A stretch of DNA of 64,000 nt from Hormiphora californensis (lineage: Eukaryota > Animalia > Ctenophora), in the NCBI GenBank assembly GCA_020137815.1, contig CM035358.1, positions 3,162,001 to 3,226,000 of the forward strand, read 5' to 3'. Every line of letters begins with the position of its first letter. Within the stretch, counting starts at the first letter, position 1. Under the pieces are notes generated by a model. It saw nothing but the letters and a program-made list of their open reading frames with translations, was not told the DNA's origin and did no database searches. Position numbers and translations under genes: made by a program. Positions 58,484 through 64,000 of the stretch are shown here, one piece after another.

Positions 58484-61056
58484 TCAGGTTGATCTTTGAA
58501 GCATGGTTTTGATAAATTCCACTGCTCCTGAAAACTGCATCCACATGTATTGGTCCTGAGAGATAGGAAGGTATTACAACCAGAGTGGGAAACATGTCCC
58601 TTGTTATAGTAGGGGATCAATGATGACATTATGATAACGAACCTGGCCAGATATGTTGCGAGGTAAGAAGTAGTTGATGTATTCAATGGTGGAAAGAAGA
58701 TTGGGTGGGTTACAGTGGATTATTATGTAGATTAACACTGGCATGAGGTCATCCGCTCCTGAGATTATAAAGAGATATCGTGATATAGAAATTCTATCAT
58801 CTCAACGGATTATTAATTGCTAAACTAATAATTGGTTAATTGACATCTAATTAACATCTTCTAACCTGGTACTGAGCTCTCGTCAGTAGTCCCATCTAAC
58901 ACAGTCAGACCACTAGCACCAACAAAAAGTAGTTTAAAGATGGTAAACACACAGCTTATAACACAGGACAGTTTCCCACTGGGTGACTGAAATAAGTTGT
59001 GTTAATCATTTCATCCAATGACTGACTAAAGTTGCCACCAATATCTGTCCTGTATCTTGGTCTAAAGACTAATGAAGTTCTAAACACCTTGAATGCAGGT
59101 AGAAGGTTAAGATGATACTGAGCTGGGGTCCAGGGTGCCTCACGGTGGTACCTCGCAGGTATTTGTATATCAGGGTGGTCCAGAGATGCAGTTACTTGCA
59201 ACTCATTCAGCCTCTGTCGGAACATCCTGGGAGATATGAGGAAGATACAATCTTGATTGTCGACTCAGCAGTCAGCACAAAAGAGCTCAATCGATCCAAT
59301 TAAGAACCGAGAGCAGCAAACAAATTAGGAAGGTATGAGGAAGATAGTGAATGATCGAGAGAGATATGAATGCTTAGGGAAACGTTAGCCCCCACCCTTC
59401 TCCCTCTTCTTTCTCTAACTCCCCAAATCCCTATCCTTCCACAGACTACACCATCCTGTTCCCTTCCACCCCCATCTCCCAACCCCCTCCCAACTCACAC
59501 GTCCTTCTCCTTCCACCCCCATCTCCCAACCCCCTCCCAACTCACACGTCCTTCTCCTTCCACCCCCTTCTCCCAACCCCCTCCCAACTCACACGTCCTT
59601 CTCCTTCCACCCCCTTCTCCCAACTCACACGTCCTTCTCCATCCACCCCATCCTAACTCACACGTCCTTCTCCTTACTCCCCCTTCTCCCAACTCACACG
59701 TCCTTCTGGAGCTGAGCGTCACCGTTAGGCAGGAAGGCATTGTTGAAAAGGAGACTAAAGAAGTTAACCTCAGCTAACCTCAGCACCTCTTTCAGGTGGG
59801 CCTCCATAGAGGGACACTCGTTACTAATACACTCCCTCTCGTCACACGAGGAGTGGTTTATACCTGTAGCACAATGTAGTGATAAAAGAGGTAGATAAGG
59901 TGATGATGGTGATGGTAGCACAATGTAGTGATAAAAGAGGTAGATAAGGTCATGGTGGTGATGGTGAGATAGAAGCACAGTAAGATGTTGAGTATTGAAT
60001 GATAGCACCACGCCATTTTCCAGCTGTGGACATGGAATCAGGTCCCCTACTGTACTTACCAAGTGTCTGGATGGACATGTCCTCAACCATTCTCTCATTA
60101 ACAAAATCACAGTACTCGTAAAACACCTCTGCTTTCTCGTCTGCCATCGGGGCTTCCCGGAACCGTCTTCTGTATTCCCGGAACTAGAGTGATATTAGGT
60201 GATATTAGGTGATATTAGGTGATATTAGGTGATATATTAAGTGTCATTGTGTTGATAATTGGCTATTATTTGCCTGGCTAGACTGTGTTACAAATGTAAA
60301 GGGAGGGTTAGAACATAACAAGCTATTATATATAACGTTATATAAAGTAGTACCCGTTGAACAAATAAATCATGTCTGGAAATAAAATCATCATGTCTGG
60401 AATAAAATCAGGGACCAGATTACTGTTTTTTTCTTCTCGCGTCCTAGAAAGTACTACCCACCTGTTCATCAAAGCTCCGTAGGAAATTAGCAGTAACCAA
60501 ACTAGCCAGGCTCTCATAAAAGAACTGATGTTTCAGCTCGAGTCTGTTCTGGGCCCGTGCCACGAACTCTTTAGATCGGAGCAGATCACATTTCCTCTCC
60601 GTGAGATACTGGATGTACAGGGTCAGGTCGCTGTTGTATTCCTCTAGGGAGGTCAGCACTGTTGTCAGCCTATGTGGGGGTGAGCGATTTAATTGGAATC
60701 GTGGGAGTGAGCGGTGGTATCACGGGAGTTGTTACAATATCAGGATCCTCGATAGTTATGTGATGGGTTGCATGTGGTAGAAGATTAGGATGGAATACAG
60801 GAGTTTAGCACTCAATATCCTAGACGTGTGACACATGCACTGCCGTACTCAATACAAGACTGAAGACAGTCGGAACAAGGTTATCTCAAGTCACACTCTA
60901 GTACTCACCAAGATCAAGCTGTTCATTGTACTCACACATTCAAGTCAGACATTGTACCCACCGATTTGGAGGAAGTTGTTGTAGAGCAATGATGGCCTGT
61001 TCCAGTTGAACAGTGTTCTTGTTGTTGTTAACACGGGCCTCAGCAAACTCACTGAA

Positions 61057-61090
<34 letters not shown>

Positions 61091-64000
61091 TGTGTGTGTG
61101 TGGGATGAATGGACATATTTCATCTGCCATATGCCCATCCTATTATGTGTATGTGCTATAATTCAACATGCAGCATTTACCATAGAACACATTAGGATAT
61201 ACAAGCAGACATACAAACAGACATACAATCAGACATACAAACAAACAAACAGACGAGCAAATCATGGCATAATGGACATGAGAGTATCAGACCTTTTCTC
61301 TCCCAGGGGAGAGAAATGGAAACAGCGCCATAGATACCACATACCCGGGTTGGTATGGAGGTTTGCTGAGCGTATCCCATGGTTTAGTAACAAACAAACA
61401 TGAGACGTGCGAGATGAGTGAGAATTTATGGATTCGAAAGTTTTAGAAGATTTCACAAATTTACTATCTACCAATTAATTACTAATTGTGTAATTACTAA
61501 TTAATATTACTAATTACCTGTGAAGGTATTCGAGGAGTTGGCGGTGTTCCGATGTGACATCATCATGCAAAACAAGGGCTGTAGTTCCTCCAGAGGGGGA
61601 CAAACTATATAATGGAGAGGGGGGTTCATGCACAATACAAATATTGTCAGGCACTGGCTGTAACATAGCACACGCTACGCCGCCTCACGCATCCGCACCG
61701 GGACGAAGGCCGGGTTTGGAGAGGACAGTCTTTTATGAGACAACACAAACGGTACGGGGCAACCGTTCTTTCATACTCATAACATTTGATATACCCAGAT
61801 AATGCACACATGTTCCAAAAGGAACTTTCCCTTGCAATCATTCGACAGTTCACTAAAGACCTCTTTATCATATCCCTTACCTTATAAGGTCAATGGTACA
61901 AGGTGCGTTGTTGGCGAATTTGGGGTAATAACTCCTGTAGAAATGTGGAAATAGAGACAGGGCTATTTTCAGTTTGTCTGTCGCGTGCTCCACCAATTTC
62001 TCCTCGGATACCTTGGGGAGAGGATGTATCAGATATGTATCGAATCATGATTCATGAGTGAAATATAAAGGAGAATAAAACATGTCAAGGAGAAAAGTTA
62101 CACCGTCTTAAAATCTCTATGAGTACTCATATTCACCTATACCTGGACATGAGAGGGTCCGCCTTGTTGGTCCAGTAGGTTGATAGGGGACCGGTGTGCT
62201 CGTGTGTCGCCGTGCTAATCTCACTACACAACAATGTACTACTGATACGGGATAGCCCCGGTGTACTTAGACCCGGTGTACCTAGAAAACAACACTAGTT
62301 TAACAACACTAGTAAACAACACTAGTTTAACAATTCATCATAATTATAATAATTAACAATAATTGTCTCACAAAAAGACAGCCCTCTCCGAACTCGAATT
62401 GTGAGCACGACGTTACAGTTGAATGTAATATGACAACAGGTTTTAGTAGTTGTCAACATTTGGTTGTGGATCATTGAGGAAAAAAACTCTTATATATAAT
62501 AACAGTATCTGACCTGATGGAAAAGTGGCTGACTCCTCAAGAAAGGCTCCACTATGCCTGACTGACTCGCTGATGAACACCCGACCTACAACTAGCCGCA
62601 TTGCCACTGTGAGCTGAATCTGAGATAAAGATTTTATCACTTTGAGTCGACAACAACAATAGCTGATAATGACACTCAGTACTCCCCCCAAGATACTCAC
62701 ATTCCGATCCCATATCCCCGGCATCTCCAGCCCCCTCTGGGAGATCCTCCATAGTAAACTGGGTGGACTGATCCAGTATGGGAGTCTTCAGGTCCTCTTC
62801 CTCCCCTGGACGGAGTGTCCCACAGTCACCTTCGGCAGAGATCATGGTCTCCCCACTTTCCTCTGCTACCAGTGGCAGTGATAAACCATCCTCACTTGCA
62901 GCTGGGTGGGAATGAGTTAGGAAGGGAGATTTTATAAAGTGAGATGAATGGGATAGGGCGGGTGGGGGAAAGTAGTTCTTGGATCAAAGAGAAAGAGGAA
63001 TAGGTTAGTGGGTGACTGGTGCCAGTATGGATGTTCGTGTGAAGGCAATAAAGCCAGAAATATTCACTGTCAAGCATACTTCCCCTACTCCTAGCTTCTT
63101 TTCTCTCTCTCTCTTTCTTTTTCTCTCACTCTTTCTCTCACCTCCATCTTCTTGCTGGTTTTTATCAAGACTATCGTAAGAGGCAGCCGATGAGAGACTG
63201 ATACCGTCTGGTGTGGTTGCCATTTGAAGGGTCGGGTTGTGGAACAGTAGATCAAAGTCGTGAAACAACCCTGGAGAAAGAAGGAGTATGTGTGTTAGTC
63301 TTACTAACAGGAACCGACCGAAACTAGTAAACAACCAATCAGAACCCGTTATTTAGGTCACGTGACTGGTTATCAGCCAATCAGGGACCAGTATTTCCTG
63401 ATTCGGTCGGTTCCTGACTGATATAAAACTGATAAATGTTGTCTCACAAAAGACTACCCTCTCAGAACTGGGCCGAGGCTTTCATTCGCAGCGTGCACAA
63501 AGAAACGGTCATGCAGTATCATGACAAGATATATATGGTTCATATCAGTGGTCTACAAGTTGAACTTACTTCCTTTCATGTCCTCCTGCACACTAAGTGG
63601 ATCACCTAAACTTGGTTCTAGTACCCGGTCAATAATGGATCCATCGTTAGTACTATCCAGGTTCTTACCCAGCACCTGCAGTGGAATTAACATTTAAATA
63701 CTCCTCCCATGCCACTCCCCCTCCACTTGTTTGGATATTTGGATCCCAGGCCAATTTTTTGATCGATTGTTTTACTGACCTCAGTTTGACTCTTCAATTT
63801 ATCACCGTGTGTGGATGGCAGTGAAAACACAAGAATCTCTTCCTCGGCTGTTGGGTTAGGTAACTCTGGCTTGTTCTTCTTCTGGCCCTTATCTGATCCA
63901 GGTGCTGGGGGTCTCTCTGGACGGGCGGGCCGGTCCCGTAGGTACCTTTGGGAAAGACGATCTCACTAAAAAATAACTGATTTTCGGAAGTTTTGGACCA
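58484..64000 (-). CDS. GAPVD1: GAPVD1/RME-6 (VPS9-domain Rab5 GEF), 3' part
   Basis: Motifs HPDIQIPARYHREAPWTPAQ, SPSGKLSCV and [49 protein letters not shown]. The 5' end lies beyond the window. Confidence 0.92.
59462..59707. repeat. Minisatellite repeating a GAPVD1 exon end and splice donor
   Basis: 6 copies of aactcacacgtccttct (minus strand AGAAGGACGT|GTGAGTT). Confidence 0.85.
63308..63416 (+). mobile_element. 109-bp hAT-like MITE, copy 5 (no TSD match)
   Basis: Same TIR and core as the other copies; flanks cttactaa / actgatat differ. Confidence 0.88.

Overview
Gene-dense animal genomic DNA with short GT-AG introns, not prokaryotic. The orphan GPCR style, nested genes and acceptor-like sites just before several ATGs suggest a ctenophore-like, early-branching animal; this is inference only. 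In order, the window holds: a tandem array of helical-repeat+BTB genes (+); a multi-Ig secreted/surface protein (-); classical dynamin (-) with an antisense arylsulfatase in an intron; a transposon-rich divergent intergenic region; CCDC96 (+); an atypical Rho-family GTPase (+); an intronless GPCR (-); a SAMHD1-like HD dNTPase (-) with a nested GPCR (+); a 5.1-kb composite satellite; a possible divergent cyclin-fold gene (-); an L2/CR1-type LINE remnant; and the 3' part of GAPVD1 (-). The main hidden feature, absent from the ORF track, is a 3-exon, 70-aa neuropeptide-precursor-like gene antisense inside a CCDC96 intron (signal peptide, acidic spacers, RYVR site, DIGHGLRLD-GG). Other notable items are a phase-0 micro-exon cluster in dynamin, two CCCAGTG-ended 8-bp-TSD elements each carrying a tRNA-like Pol III unit, a hairpin-array element showing covariation, minisatellites built from splice sites, and a head-to-tail Helitron dimer. 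The assembly appears to contain single-base insertion errors and low-quality patches, so frameshifts should not be read as pseudogenisation without checking reads.
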